A stretch of 59,911 nt of DNA. It comes from Corallochytrium limacisporum Hawaii. Taxonomy: Eukaryota; Protista; Pluriformea. Location: the NCBI GenBank assembly GCA_002811645.1, contig PDIP01000050.1:1-59911 (forward strand). The letters run 5' to 3'. Position numbers and translations under genes: made by a program. Positions 21,010 through 31,589 of this stretch are shown piece after piece (the stretch's first letter is position 1; every line of letters begins with the position of its first letter). Under the pieces are notes generated by a model. The model did no database searches, had not been told where the DNA came from, and saw nothing but the letters and a program-made list of their open reading frames with translations.

Positions 21010-21639
21010 TCTGACTGTTGTTTAAGGGACGCAGGTGAAACAATCTCAAGTGAACTGCATGTGCGCGGAGATCGACCGACGGTCCTCAGTGTAACCCGTG
21101 TGAAAGACTTTTGTGCGCATAACCATTAACCTGTCTACAATTATGATCGTGTACAAACTGAAATAGCTCATAGAAAGAAAACATGCAAAGCGACAGCTAC
21201 CAGTGTGTTTGGTTTATGATTGGGATCCATGGGGGTGGGCAGACCCGCACTTCGTCCACGCGACCCCTGGGCACCTACTTCGATTCCCCTACTTCTCTCT
21301 CCATACTCTTCCCATACGAGGTGGGGGGACGCACTGGGGAGTGACAGATCTTGCTGCTTCTTGTCCCCCTAAGCCCTCCTGCTCAAGAATACTTGCCAGC
21401 TGCGGGACTGATTCAACTCTAAGCCACACTATTACTGCCCAAGACTGGTTTTTAGGATCATGGGCTGAAACATCCCCGAGCAAGTGACCTCTGTGCAGAG
21501 ACCGGATATAACGACAATAGATGGAAATCAAATGGAACTGGACTGAACAAGTAACCACTTTCCTGTTTGAAACAACAGTGTTCTAAGGTAGATACCGAAT
21601 TGAACAGTTGCACAAGCGGCACAAAACCGGGCAACACTG

Positions 21640-22923
21640 ATGGATAGACTCCTACCTGCAGAACTTACTGCAGGACGCAGACCACATCTGCTTGATTACG
21701 AGGATGAAGTTCGGGTGCAGAGCTCTGTTGGAGTCTACGACGGGGACTCCAAGTCCGATCTAGACCAGGGCGACGTTTACCTCACAAATTGCAGTATATA
21801 TTGGGTAAACAAAAATTCAGAGTTTGCTGTCCGCCTGCCCCTCTCTCGTGTTACTGAGATCGGCTACAGTATGCCCTTTCTCAAGAGTAGCGCGAAGGTC
21901 AAGCTGTCCCTGACACCGCTAAGCAAAGAACAGCGACGCGAGAGCATGATGGAATCCAAGACGGGAGCTCACCACATCAAACTGAGTTTCCGGGAGGGGG
22001 GATCTACTGCCTTCCATGAAGAGATCCTCAAAGCTATGCGCAAAAAGCACTGGCTCCAGGCCGAACAGCACAAACCCGGTTTAGCGCCCGTGCCATCCGC
22101 AGACGGCGGCGCCTCTCCCCGTCTGTCCGCAATGGAGGCAGCATTCAAAGCGCCGAGTATCACTCCCACCGAACCCGGCGCTGCTGCATCTCAGGCTCCG
22201 CGCTCCTTCACGACCTCTCGCGCGGGTATTGGAGGCATTCGGCGCAATGTAGACATGGCTTCCATCAATCAGGCCCGGGCAGTGGACACCGCATTCTCGG
22301 ACCTCGACTCACTGATGGAGCAGGCTAAGGATATGGTGGCGCTCGCAGACCGATTTGCAAAGCGACTTCAGGAGCCAGACAGTAGCATTACTGACAAGGA
22401 AACGTCTGAATTTAAGGAGTGGATGCAGAACCTCGGAATCGACAAACCGGTTACTCGGGAAGCCTATGGTAACGACCGATCCTTCTATCAGAACCTGTCC
22501 CGCCAATTGGCGGAGTTTCTGGTCAGCGGGCCTCTGGAACGGAACGGTGGCAGCATGACCCTGATCGATGTGTACTGTCTATACAACCGCGCACGAGGTA
22601 TGGCGATGATCAGTCCGGAGGACCTGCTGGCTGCGTGTCGGGAGTTTGAGACGCTTCATCTCCCTGTGCAACTGAAACAGTACGCGTCCGGAGTGATGAT
22701 CGTTACAGACACTAATCTAATGGAGGAGAAGGCGTTGCAGGAGATATCTGATCTTGTGGTGCAAAAGACTTGTATGACTGCCGGCGATCTGGCTTCTATC
22801 AATCGAGCATCTGTCACGATTGCCACGCAGCAGCTGCTGAATGCGGAGCAGCAAGGGTTGCTGTGCAGGGACGACACATTCGAGGGTCTGTATTTTTACC
22901 CGAACCTCTTCTTAGGCTTCTGA
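21640..22923 (+). CDS. VPS36: ESCRT-II subunit Vps36/EAP45 (GLUE domain plus winged helices)
   Basis: VGVYDGD...GDVYLTN, HIKLSFREGG, AGIGGI, AFSDLDSLMEQAKDMV, LIDVYCLYNRARG..ISPEDL, LCRDDTFEGLYFYPNLF. Confidence 0.95.
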   Translation: MDRLLPAELTAGRRPHLLDYEDEVRVQSSVGVYDGDSKSDLDQGDVYLTNCSIYWVNKNSEFAVRLPLSRVTEIGYSMPFLKSSAKVKLSLTPLSKEQRRESMMESKTGAHHIKLSFREGGSTAFHEEILKAMRKKHWLQAEQHKPGLAPVPSADGGASPRLSAMEAAFKAPSITPTEPGAAASQAPRSFTTSRAGIGGIRRNVDMASINQARAVDTAFSDLDSLMEQAKDMVALADRFAKRLQEPDSSITDKETSEFKEWMQNLGIDKPVTREAYGNDRSFYQNLSRQLAEFLVSGPLERNGGSMTLIDVYCLYNRARGMAMISPEDLLAACREFETLHLPVQLKQYASGVMIVTDTNLMEEKALQEISDLVVQKTCMTAGDLASINRASVTIATQQLLNAEQQGLLCRDDTFEGLYFYPNLFLGF

Positions 22924-23006
22924 ATGGACAAAGAGGATTCAATTTATGAAGTCATTAAATGTACTGTACATAGCTATATTTAGGTCCTCATATGCTGCAT
23001 TGAATA

Positions 23007-25124
23007 TCAAACGTAAGCCCACACTACGTTTGGGAACTTGGACCGAAATTGAGCCAGAACATTGGATTCCATTGGCACAGATAGCGACATGTCATATCTC
23101 TGGCCATGGATGCTCGCCTCGTCCAGGAATTTCACCGCCCCCGAGTTCTTGTAGACCCAGGCGATAATATCCTGACTCTGATGTGCATCAACATATATCT
23201 TGATGTCTCGCATCCCACTCACATGCCGAAGGCTCTTGTCCAGGAGCTGCTTGAGCACGTCTGACCCCCAGCCGGTCTTCGCGCTCATTACAACCACGTT
23301 CTTGTCGTCTGCCGCAAACTCAACAAGCTTGTCCGGGTTCTCAACTAAATCGGCCTTGTTCCAGACCTCAATGATACTGTCCATGCGTTCCTGAGGCAGC
23401 TTCAGCTGCCGACGAAGGACACGCTCAACGTCGTTCTTCTGTGCCTCATCGTCCGGAGAGGTAATGTCACGAACATGTACAATCATATCCGCCTCCTTGA
23501 CATGGTGCAGGGTACTGGCAAACGCAGCAACCAGGTCGTGAGGCAGGTCTGCCACAAAACCAACTGTGTCCACTAGAGAAGCTTTGAGGCCTGACGGCAA
23601 ACGCAACCTTCCCTTTTTTCGGTCTAGAGTCGCAAACAGCCTTGACTCGGCCTCAAACTTCTTCTCACCCGTTAGCTGTCGGGAAAGCTCTGTTTTGCCG
23701 ACGTTAGTGTATCCAACGAGAGCGACCATGGGGGTCTTGGAAATGGATCCTTGCAGGCCTGCGTTCGAAGAGTTGCTACGGTGGTCACGTACTGACTGTG
23801 GCATCTTGACGATCTTCTCCAGTTTGTTCTTCAGAGTCATGATCTCACGTTGGATCGTCCGTCGGCGGGTTTCCAGCAACTTCTCACCGGCGCCACCAAT
23901 GAATGCATGGCCACCCCCTTGTTGATCCAGGTTCTGGGCGGCATCCACAATGCGGCTCTTTTCGTACTGCAGTTTAGCGAGTTGCACTTGAATCTTAGCC
24001 TCCTTGGTCTCTGCCCGAGTGACAAAAATATTCAGAATCACACCGTAGCGGTCCATTATTTCTATGTCCAAACCGGCCTCATCGAATTGCGCCTGCAGAT
24101 GGTCCACCTGCGTCACACTCAGTCGGTTCACATTGACGAACAGTTTGTCTACTGGCACTTCGTTCATCTCGTTATATTCCTGGACCTCTCTGATGAGATC
24201 TTTTACCTGTCCTTTACCGAAGAACCGCAGCGGATGAGGCTTTTTGGACAGATTTTTAGTCGAACTCCCTGCGGGTTTGTGGTAGTCCATAGCATCGATC
24301 AGACCTTCTGCTTCAGTCAGAAGGCTTTTTGGTGTGCGATTTGTCAAGGCCTGCGCCTTTCCTTGTTTGTCCCGGAGAATAGGCTGGACCGTAAAGACCT
24401 TGTATGGGTGCTCCCTCATACCGGCCATCGCAGCCAATTGTTTCCTTCGTTTCTGTTTTGCGCGAGGGTCACTGATCAGGCGATAGTAAGCCAATGTTTG
24501 CATTTCATCCATGCCGGTCAGCGGCTTGAATGGCGCTTCCGGAGGTGGTGCATTCCATTCCAAAAGTGCCTTCTCCGGGTCTTGTATTACCTTTGTAAAC
24601 GTCAAATGCCGAGCGGCATCCGCTCCTTTGTCACCGTCGTAAGCTTCAGAGTCTAATTCTGCGTCTTCTTGGACATCAATCTCCTGTTCTTCCGGGTACC
24701 TATCGTAATCCTCTTCAAGGTCTTCATCGCCCGCAAACATTTGGACCTTTCCTGGTCCCGGTTCTTCGTTCAAGGTGATTCCGTAGTGCCCCCGCTGTTG
24801 CATTCCGGCCTCCCTGTACATATCTAAGACGTCAAACAAGTCCTCATCAATTTCGAACCCTGCCGCGTCCTTGGCCTCGACCTCTTTCAGTTTTTCATAA
24901 ACAGCGGCACCGAAGAATTTCTTCATGTGCGCTTCCTCTATACTGGTGAGTTTGTCATGCTCCAGGGGCGGCTTCTTCGATCGAGGAACGTATGTTCGGA
25001 CATGTGACCTTGCCAGAAAAGTCCATAATATTGGTTTGATTCGTGTCAAGGGTCGAGGCCTCACTGTACGTCGCAGCAGTACATGACGGGAGTTCGAGCC
25101 CAGGTGTCTGAACATTGTCGTCAT
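23007..25124 (-). CDS. GTPBP6: Mitochondrial HflX-family GTPase
   Basis: Arg-rich presequence; HflX N-domain FFGKGQV, DRYGVILNIFVTRAETKEAKIQVQLA, GAGEKLLE; G1 GYTNVGKT, LFATLD, G3 DTVGF, G4 NKAD. Confidence 0.92.
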   Translation of the reverse strand: MTTMFRHLGSNSRHVLLRRTVRPRPLTRIKPILWTFLARSHVRTYVPRSKKPPLEHDKLTSIEEAHMKKFFGAAVYEKLKEVEAKDAAGFEIDEDLFDVLDMYREAGMQQRGHYGITLNEEPGPGKVQMFAGDEDLEEDYDRYPEEQEIDVQEDAELDSEAYDGDKGADAARHLTFTKVIQDPEKALLEWNAPPPEAPFKPLTGMDEMQTLAYYRLISDPRAKQKRRKQLAAMAGMREHPYKVFTVQPILRDKQGKAQALTNRTPKSLLTEAEGLIDAMDYHKPAGSSTKNLSKKPHPLRFFGKGQVKDLIREVQEYNEMNEVPVDKLFVNVNRLSVTQVDHLQAQFDEAGLDIEIMDRYGVILNIFVTRAETKEAKIQVQLAKLQYEKSRIVDAAQNLDQQGGGHAFIGGAGEKLLETRRRTIQREIMTLKNKLEKIVKMPQSVRDHRSNSSNAGLQGSISKTPMVALVGYTNVGKTELSRQLTGEKKFEAESRLFATLDRKKGRLRLPSGLKASLVDTVGFVADLPHDLVAAFASTLHHVKEADMIVHVRDITSPDDEAQKNDVERVLRRQLKLPQERMDSIIEVWNKADLVENPDKLVEFAADDKNVVVMSAKTGWGSDVLKQLLDKSLRHVSGMRDIKIYVDAHQSQDIIAWVYKNSGAVKFLDEASIHGQRYDMSLSVPMESNVLAQFRSKFPNVVWAYV

Positions 25125-25414
25125 GGGCGACTTCCTATGTGTACACCTGGCAGATAGTCCCTATAGCTCGTAACCGCACCGAATAGTCACATATTGCAGA
25201 GTCAATGTAGAGCATATGGTATATGGCTATCGAAGATGTCGTGCACCCCTTGCACCGATTCTGATATACCACCCATGTGTGTCAGACCCGCCCGCCGTGT
25301 CGCTGAGTGTGCCACCGGGCTGGAGTCTAGACGGACACAACCTCTCCGTGTGAAAGGAGAGGGTCTCCCGTTGATGACAGTGGATTCTCCTCTCTGCGCA
25401 GTTTGAGGGGACAG

Positions 25415-25425
25415 TGGCGCGAAAA
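25415..25425 (-). promoter_or_regulatory. Candidate E2F site (TTTTCGCGCCA)
   Basis: Plus-strand TGGCGCGAAAA, about 165 nt upstream of ATG 25589; matches the TTTSSCGC consensus. Confidence 0.35.
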
Positions 25426-25588
25426 GAGGTCCTCAGAAGCTGTGATTCCGGCATTGAGGTGTGGATTCTCCATACTGCGTGTATGAAGGTAGTTGAGGTG
25501 AGCGTTAGTGCATTAGACTCATAACTCACCCAACTGGATTATTGTTCAGAGTATAGCTGTAGTGGTTCTTGCTGAATCCGAACCAAAC

Positions 25589-26671
25589 ATGCCGGGTAGT
25601 ACTAGAGTGAAGTTGGAAGCAGCTTATGAAACGGAGCGTAATGAGAATATTCGCAAGAACAGAGAGGTTCTCCGTAAACTGGGCCTGGAGACGGCGGTGC
25701 CAGTAAGACCAACGGTCGAAAAGTCTCATAAAGTGACCCGTCCGAAGCGGAAAGTGGCGCCAAAGGCCGTCGAAGAGCCGATCCGCCGATCCCGCAGGGT
25801 CCGAGCCATGAAGCTGGATCCAGAGGAGCGCAAGATAGAGTCCGAGAAGTTGATGGCTGAGGCAAAGGAGAAGTTGGAAGAGCTTCAGACCATGGGACTA
25901 GAAGAGCTGGGATGGATGACACAGGTTGTACGCAAGCCTAAACCAGGTGTGAGCGCCACCTCAATCAGTGCCACGTCAAGTCGTGGAAAGCGATGTCGAT
26001 GGCAGTATTTGCTCGACAATTGGCTCGGAAAGGAAGTTCCTTATGGCCCTGGCACACCGGGAGGGAACTCACCAAAGAAAGCAGTGATGCAGGAAGCTAG
26101 CGAAGACCAAGGAGAGCGCGTGACATTCAACAAATATCTGAGCTTACAGCCCTGGCAGAATGCATTCTGTGTATTTATCAATTTCGACCGGATTGGTGGG
26201 GGCAAGTACTCGAACGTGCTCTTTCACAGGCGGAGTGATGACCATCGCAATGCACCCGAGCATTTGATCTGGTGGGGCAGCAGCACACAGAATTTGGCCA
26301 CTCCGGTCATCAAACGCTACATTCACTCAGGGCGGTTGGCGTACGCGAAACATGTGCAGGAGCTCGGTCTGGAGTACTCCACCGACGAAAACGAGGATCC
26401 AGACCAGAAGCTTTACAGTCTGCAAGACTTCAACGAGGAGCTGGAATACGATGAAAACTACGTCGCGGAGACCATCTTGCTATTCATTCGTCAAGTCGAT
26501 TCAGCTTACGTCTGCATGGGGCGTATGGGACTGGAACACGTCAGCATCAAGTACGGGAGCGTGAGAACGGAATGGAAACTATTTGACATACAAAGCGATC
26601 TAGTCAAGGACAGTGCACGGGCTCAGGAACTGATTGCATATGGGACAGACAATGAGTATGCAACTAGATAA
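25589..26671 (+). CDS. Predicted nuclear protein: chromatin-protein-type N-terminal helix and basic region, plus a C-terminal PUA-superfamily (DUF3427-like) domain
   Basis: YETERNENIRKNREVLRKLGL and PIRRSRR; C-terminal FNKYLSLQPWQNAFCVFINF..GKYSNVLF..LIWWGSSTQ..TPVIKR..ILLFIRQ..AYVCMGRM..TEWKL. First ATG is 25589 (track start 25562 is GTG). The ORF is solid; the domain call is tentative. Confidence 0.7.
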   Translation: MPGSTRVKLEAAYETERNENIRKNREVLRKLGLETAVPVRPTVEKSHKVTRPKRKVAPKAVEEPIRRSRRVRAMKLDPEERKIESEKLMAEAKEKLEELQTMGLEELGWMTQVVRKPKPGVSATSISATSSRGKRCRWQYLLDNWLGKEVPYGPGTPGGNSPKKAVMQEASEDQGERVTFNKYLSLQPWQNAFCVFINFDRIGGGKYSNVLFHRRSDDHRNAPEHLIWWGSSTQNLATPVIKRYIHSGRLAYAKHVQELGLEYSTDENEDPDQKLYSLQDFNEELEYDENYVAETILLFIRQVDSAYVCMGRMGLEHVSIKYGSVRTEWKLFDIQSDLVKDSARAQELIAYGTDNEYATR

Positions 26672-26696
26672 TTATCAATGCATTAGAAAAGCTTCC

Positions 26697-27512
26697 TTAC
26701 ATGCGGGGATCAGCGCCACCCCCTCCGGAAGTAAACATTGGTTCCTTGTAAGGGCGTAGATCAATTTCGAAGGTCCAACAATCATTGCTCTGGTTGTGGA
26801 GATACCAGTACATTTCTGCCACACTGTCGGGCTTCACCACGCGTCCTTCAGTGTACTGATTATAGGCCATCTCAAGCTCCTGCTCTCCCAGGTTACCACC
26901 CATCTTCTTTTGAATGCTTTTCTTTATCAGATCCTGAGTGAATTCAGTCTCTACAGCAGAATCAATTACAACGTGAGCGATGTGGATGCCTTGGGGTCCC
27001 AGTTCGCGCGCCATGCTCTGGGCTAGAGCGCGCACGGCAAACTTGCCACCTGCAAAAGCGGCATACCCCGGGTTACCAAGCATGGAGGCAGTGGCACCGG
27101 TAAATATGATAGTACCCTTCCTTCGGGGAAGCATAGCTTTTGCTGCAGCCCGACCAAAGAGGAACCCTCCCATTGCCTGCTGCTCCCAGCTCTTGAAGTA
27201 CTTTTGAGAGGTGGTCTCGGCGATAGGGAAACGAATGTTACCACCAATGTTGTAGACTGCACAGTCAATTGGTCCCAGCTCGGTCTCAACACGATCAAAT
27301 GCCTTTTGAACTTCTTCCTCCTTGCGACCATCAAGACTCATGCCCAGAAAGGTGCCCTCTCCATATTTTCCGTTGATCTCGTCGCTGAGGTCGTTCAAGA
27401 GCTCACCGCGGCGGCGGGCAGCGCAGACCTTGTAGCCCTCTTTGGCGAAACGACGAACCAGTGAGGTACCGATGTAGTCACCGGCACCAATAACAAACAT
27501 AGTCCTGGACAT
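26697..27512 (-). CDS. Short-chain dehydrogenase/reductase, bacterial-like atypical subgroup (FxxxK in place of YxxxK)
   Basis: VIGAGDYIG Rossmann motif, VYNIG, GTIIFTGATAS, AAFAGGKFAVRALAQSMARELGPQGIHIAHVVID, WTFEIDLRP. Likely start is ATG 27512 (MSRTMFVIG). Confidence 0.92.
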   Translation of the reverse strand: MSRTMFVIGAGDYIGTSLVRRFAKEGYKVCAARRRGELLNDLSDEINGKYGEGTFLGMSLDGRKEEEVQKAFDRVETELGPIDCAVYNIGGNIRFPIAETTSQKYFKSWEQQAMGGFLFGRAAAKAMLPRRKGTIIFTGATASMLGNPGYAAFAGGKFAVRALAQSMARELGPQGIHIAHVVIDSAVETEFTQDLIKKSIQKKMGGNLGEQELEMAYNQYTEGRVVKPDSVAEMYWYLHNQSNDCWTFEIDLRPYKEPMFTSGGGGADPRM

Positions 27513-28667
27513 GATTAAGAGAAGATTGAAGCGTAGACATGAGTCATTTAAAATTTCCACACAGTGACTTTGCTGAAGTGACAAAGGCCTTACGATTTGT
27601 CCGCATAAATACATGCAAAGCCTTCAGTCGTTCCATATTTGCTGGTTCGTCTGCGGAAGCCATTGCTGTGTCGAAGCATTATTGGGCCACACCTAATCCG
27701 CCGTCGGAACCGCGGTCTTCCCTTGCCACAGGCAGCTGCGCAGGCGACAGTGAGCCGGTGTCTCGTATTACTCGATGATTTCCACGACGGTTCATACATA
27801 TATTCTAATCCAACCACTACTCAGGCCAGCACCAGCCGCACTGCCTACCATTTCGCCCGCTCGTCAGCTGATCTATCCTGTTTGGGTTAACACTTGTGTT
27901 TTTTCTGCAGTTTCCAGTTCTATACCGAAGAGATCACCAAGATATTTCCAGATCTTCAAAATTTAAAGGATGGTCTGCGCAGTATTGAAAAGGCTTTTTC
28001 CCGGGGTTGTAGACCAGGTCTGGAAATTCAGACGTGCGAGGATCAGCACAACCATTAAGGGAAGACCCTGCGCACTTGTTTATTCACTGGGGACTGCCCT
28101 ATTGTTCTGCCAAGGCGCCCTGAAGCACACAGGTCGAGTTCACCGTCAGCTGAGGATTCAATGTCCACGAGCCCCAACGAAAGGCAGCACCTCTTTGATT
28201 CCACTTTGTCCACCACGCAAGGCCACATCCTGGTACGTAAGAAATACAACGATTAGATTGGATTTGACCACTTTCATTCCATTGCTAAACCCCGCTGTCG
28301 CTGAATCGCATCGGATTGTTGATTTCGACCCACCCAGCAATTGGCTGACTGTCTGAGCACTCGACCCTCCCTTGGCAACGACTGACAATTGCCATAGACA
28401 ATGTATGCGCAGTGCTGCCGAAATCTATGGCACCTCCCTCCCTTGCGCGCCTAAGACTCTTGTCTGTTTCTTACCGAGGGGGGAGGGGATCTACACAAAG
28501 GCGGAATCCTGGTTGAGTCTGTGTAAAGTCGGTCAGCTGCAACAGGGGCCATCCTTCGGTGTTCAGATGGGCGGGTCTTTCCCATCTACAATGAGCGTAG
28601 GGCCTTGATCACATGTATAGCTGAACTTTTGGGTCCCGGTGCTGCACTGGACCGATTCCATATTGAA

Positions 28668-30243
28668 ATGACTAGGCTTCAAGAGAGTCACGACCGCGAG
28701 GTCTCAGATGGAGCCGGTGAGCACCAGCTCGAGCTAACTGCCTTGTTGACAAAGCTCGAAACGGCACGCAAGGAACCTGAGACTCGGGACTTGGAGTTTC
28801 CGCGGCAGCTGAAGACGCTAGAAGACGGAAAACATGTGGCAGAGGTGTTGGCTTTGCGCAGAACGGAGAACGAGGAAGTGACTGCCCATCCCGAAGCTAT
28901 TCTGGCTCGAAGGAGACAGGAGTGTGATTATCTGACTGAAGAAATCCAACAGCTTAAGAGCGCTATGGAAGTGGCTCAAGAGCACATGGCAGCTGCGGAT
29001 CAGGCCGTCAAAGATTCACATGAGATGATGAGACTGATTGAAGGCCAGGTTAAGGCCAAGAACCGAGAGATCAATGTGCTGAAGACGCATTTGGGAGAGC
29101 TTGGAGACACACTCTCCGGCAATGAAGACAAGGAAAAGCAATTTGAGCACAAGCTGGCTATGCTGGCAAAATGTGCCTCAGAACGAGAGGCTGATCTGCG
29201 GGACAAGATTGAACTATATCAAAAGCAGCTAGAGCAGATCGACCAGGAGCATGAAACAGTCATTACGAAGGTCCGGGGCAAGCACACAGCCGATACTGCA
29301 ATCCTGATAAGCGAGCACAGTGCCCAGCTGGATGAGGTGAAGCTTGTCTTAGACCGCGCCATGGAAGTTGCCGTGGGGGAAAAGGAAGAGGAATTGCTGA
29401 CGGAGATGAAACACTCGCTACGCCGGAAGGACAGTGAGCTCAAGACCATGAAAGCTCAGTATGAAGATAGGCAAAGAATTGTCGAGAACAAGAACAGCCA
29501 GATAAGTGAGACTCAAATTGAGCGGTACTCGACCCTTAAACAGGTGAAGGATCTGAACAAAAAAAGTTGCCAAGTACCGCTCAGACATTGATTGCCTCCA
29601 GTGTAAAGATGATGACATTACCATAGCGTTCAATCTAGTCACTAAGATGCTGAAATTGGCGAACATGACCATTATGGACAGGGACAAGGAAAGACAGGAC
29701 GTGCAGGCTGACCACAAGAAGGTGATCACGCAGGCTCGAGACATCATGGAATTGCAGGCTGACCTACAGCGTCTGAAGGACAAGGAGACAGCAGCTAGTA
29801 CAGAAATGGAACAAATTTTCAGTGAGAAGTCACAGATGATAATAGCACTTCAAGAGAAACAGATCTTGCACCACCAGGACCAGATGCTCCACGATTTCCG
29901 TCAGGTGCAATTCAAGAAGAAGGCGCGTCTACAGGAAGTTACCTCTCGCTTAGTAGAAGTCACGGACAAGTACAACCGTCAAGAATCGAGACCTAACGAC
30001 ATTCAACGCATCGACGATCTCACCCACGCACTTGAAGGGCTACGTGCCCGTCTCATGAAGTCCGAAGAGCTATGGGGGATGTACGAGCAGAAATTGCAGA
30101 CCCAAGAACAGAGCCTGAACCTCATTTTCAAGAGCAAGTCAGTGTTTTCTTTTCCAGAGCCTTTGCTGGGTGGGAACAGTAGCGTGAAACGTGGGCCACG
30201 CGCATCCAGCCGGACGCTCGGTTTGCCACCATTGCAAACTTGA
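28668..30243 (+). pseudogene. FAM184: FAM184-like coiled-coil protein split by a +1 frameshift at an A7 run (pseudogene or assembly indel)
   Basis: Removing one A from 29559-29565 joins ORFs 28605-29591 and 29647-30243 without stops (...DLNKK-VAKYRSDIDCLQCKDDDITIAFNLVTKMLK...). C-terminus YNRQESRPNDIQRI...YEQKLQTQEQSLNLIF resembles the FAM184 R-ESR-ED...YxLELxNRExNFNKVF block. The FAM184 N-terminal domain was not found. Confidence 0.65.
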
Positions 30244-30373
30244 AGCAACCGATGCGGCGAATTCTGAAACTTTACAATGTGTGGTGTCTAATGGCGCACG
30301 GTACCCACTATCCCCTTGGTCCGTCATGCTTCCATAACTATCGTCCTTGAATTCGACTACACATTTATTGTTT

Positions 30374-31309
30374 TCACGCCAGCGCTGGTAACTGCTTCAT
30401 GCGCCATTCCCAATACTTCTTTCTCACTGGGTCCAGAGTGCTGGACAGGGATTCAAGAATTTCCCTTGCACTGCTCACGGCAGCCTTCCTGGCTGCCGTA
30501 TCCGAGGTCTTTGCTGCCTCCGCTCCGTAAGTCAGCGCCACAAAATCGGCAAGGTACGGACTTGGAATGTGCTTCTCATGCCACCAACTGCGGGTCGTCT
30601 CCACAAGCGACGGATACTTAGTTAAATCGCCCGCAATACCTCGGAGGTAATTCCACGCACTCTCGTTGTTAGGGGTTTTGGCAAGCTTACGGATGGCATA
30701 GTCTATTTCTCGCTGGGCTACATCGGGCTTCTCCCAACTCTCAGTAGCGTTGATCACAAAGTACCGATGATTCCATGCACTGTTATTTCGCACATCGTCT
30801 TCCAGTAATTCATCACAATATTCTAATTCACCGTCCCACAATTCGAAAGTGCTGACTGCCCATTGCCGGTGCTGCCAGGCATGGTAATTCTTGGCGTCTG
30901 CGTTCAGGGCTCGCCGGCAGAATGCCTTTTCCAAAGAAGCATCCTTGGTCCATTCAATAATCACTCTGCGGTGATGCCAGATTTGATAGTTTTTCGGGTT
31001 CTCACTGGCCATGTCAGCTATGTATTCAAGTTCTGCAGTTAGATTCGGCTGGACCGCCTGCAAACAGTCCCTTCGCACTTGCCACGCGGTGTAGTTGGCC
31101 GGATTGAAGTCGATCAGTTCGGTGGTGAGGTCAAATACGCGCTGACTGCACTCCTCTGATTTGACCACCGCACGAAAGTAATTCATGACGTCTACATAGT
31201 CTGGATCGTAGTTGATTGCTACAATGCTGCCATCGTCCGGCTGTTCCATAGGCTGCACATCACTCCATACTGGGCGATCTGCCATTGGTGTGTAGGCGTC
31301 GCTAGACAT
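30374..31309 (-). CDS. FNTA: Protein farnesyltransferase/geranylgeranyltransferase type-1 alpha subunit
   Basis: WSDVQP..Q.D, IVAINY; PPTA repeats NPANYTAWQVRR, NPKNYQIWHHRR, DAKNYHAWQHRQW, DVRNNSAWNHRYF, PNNESAWNYLRG; DPVRKKYW. Confidence 0.97.
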   Translation of the reverse strand: MSSDAYTPMADRPVWSDVQPMEQPDDGSIVAINYDPDYVDVMNYFRAVVKSEECSQRVFDLTTELIDFNPANYTAWQVRRDCLQAVQPNLTAELEYIADMASENPKNYQIWHHRRVIIEWTKDASLEKAFCRRALNADAKNYHAWQHRQWAVSTFELWDGELEYCDELLEDDVRNNSAWNHRYFVINATESWEKPDVAQREIDYAIRKLAKTPNNESAWNYLRGIAGDLTKYPSLVETTRSWWHEKHIPSPYLADFVALTYGAEAAKTSDTAARKAAVSSAREILESLSSTLDPVRKKYWEWRMKQLPALA

Positions 31310-31558
31310 GGGTGCTCTCTAAAGATTTCAGGGTGTAATGATTGACTTTAAAATGAATGAACACTGCACACAGTCCAGTTTCACTTCCCTTTGCAAAATT
31401 TAGCTGCTAATGAGAGACAATATGAGAGTAATCGTACAGTATCGTGTTGTTCATTCTTGTACCCAGGCTGTGATTCTCTGCAACCAATGCTCAGTCCTTG
31501 GCATCCATAAATATTTCGGCGCCGAGAAAATTGGCATCAAGTATCTTCCCCTCGCCAA

Positions 31559-31589
31559 TCCCCCCCCCCCCCCGGGGGGGCGGGAGGAG
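31559..31589. promoter_or_regulatory. C-tract/G-tract dyad in the divergent FNTA/BLTP2 spacer (candidate bidirectional promoter core)
   Basis: A run of about 14 C is followed directly by 7 G and GCGGGAGGAG. Similar elements sit upstream of most genes in the window. Confidence 0.45.

Noticed and set aside
27600-28600. Splice-like signals (TTTTCTGCAG ~27910, GTACGT ~28233) and short ORFs upstream of the FAM184-like locus
   Set aside because: I could not assemble a consistent spliced ORF or a recognisable domain.
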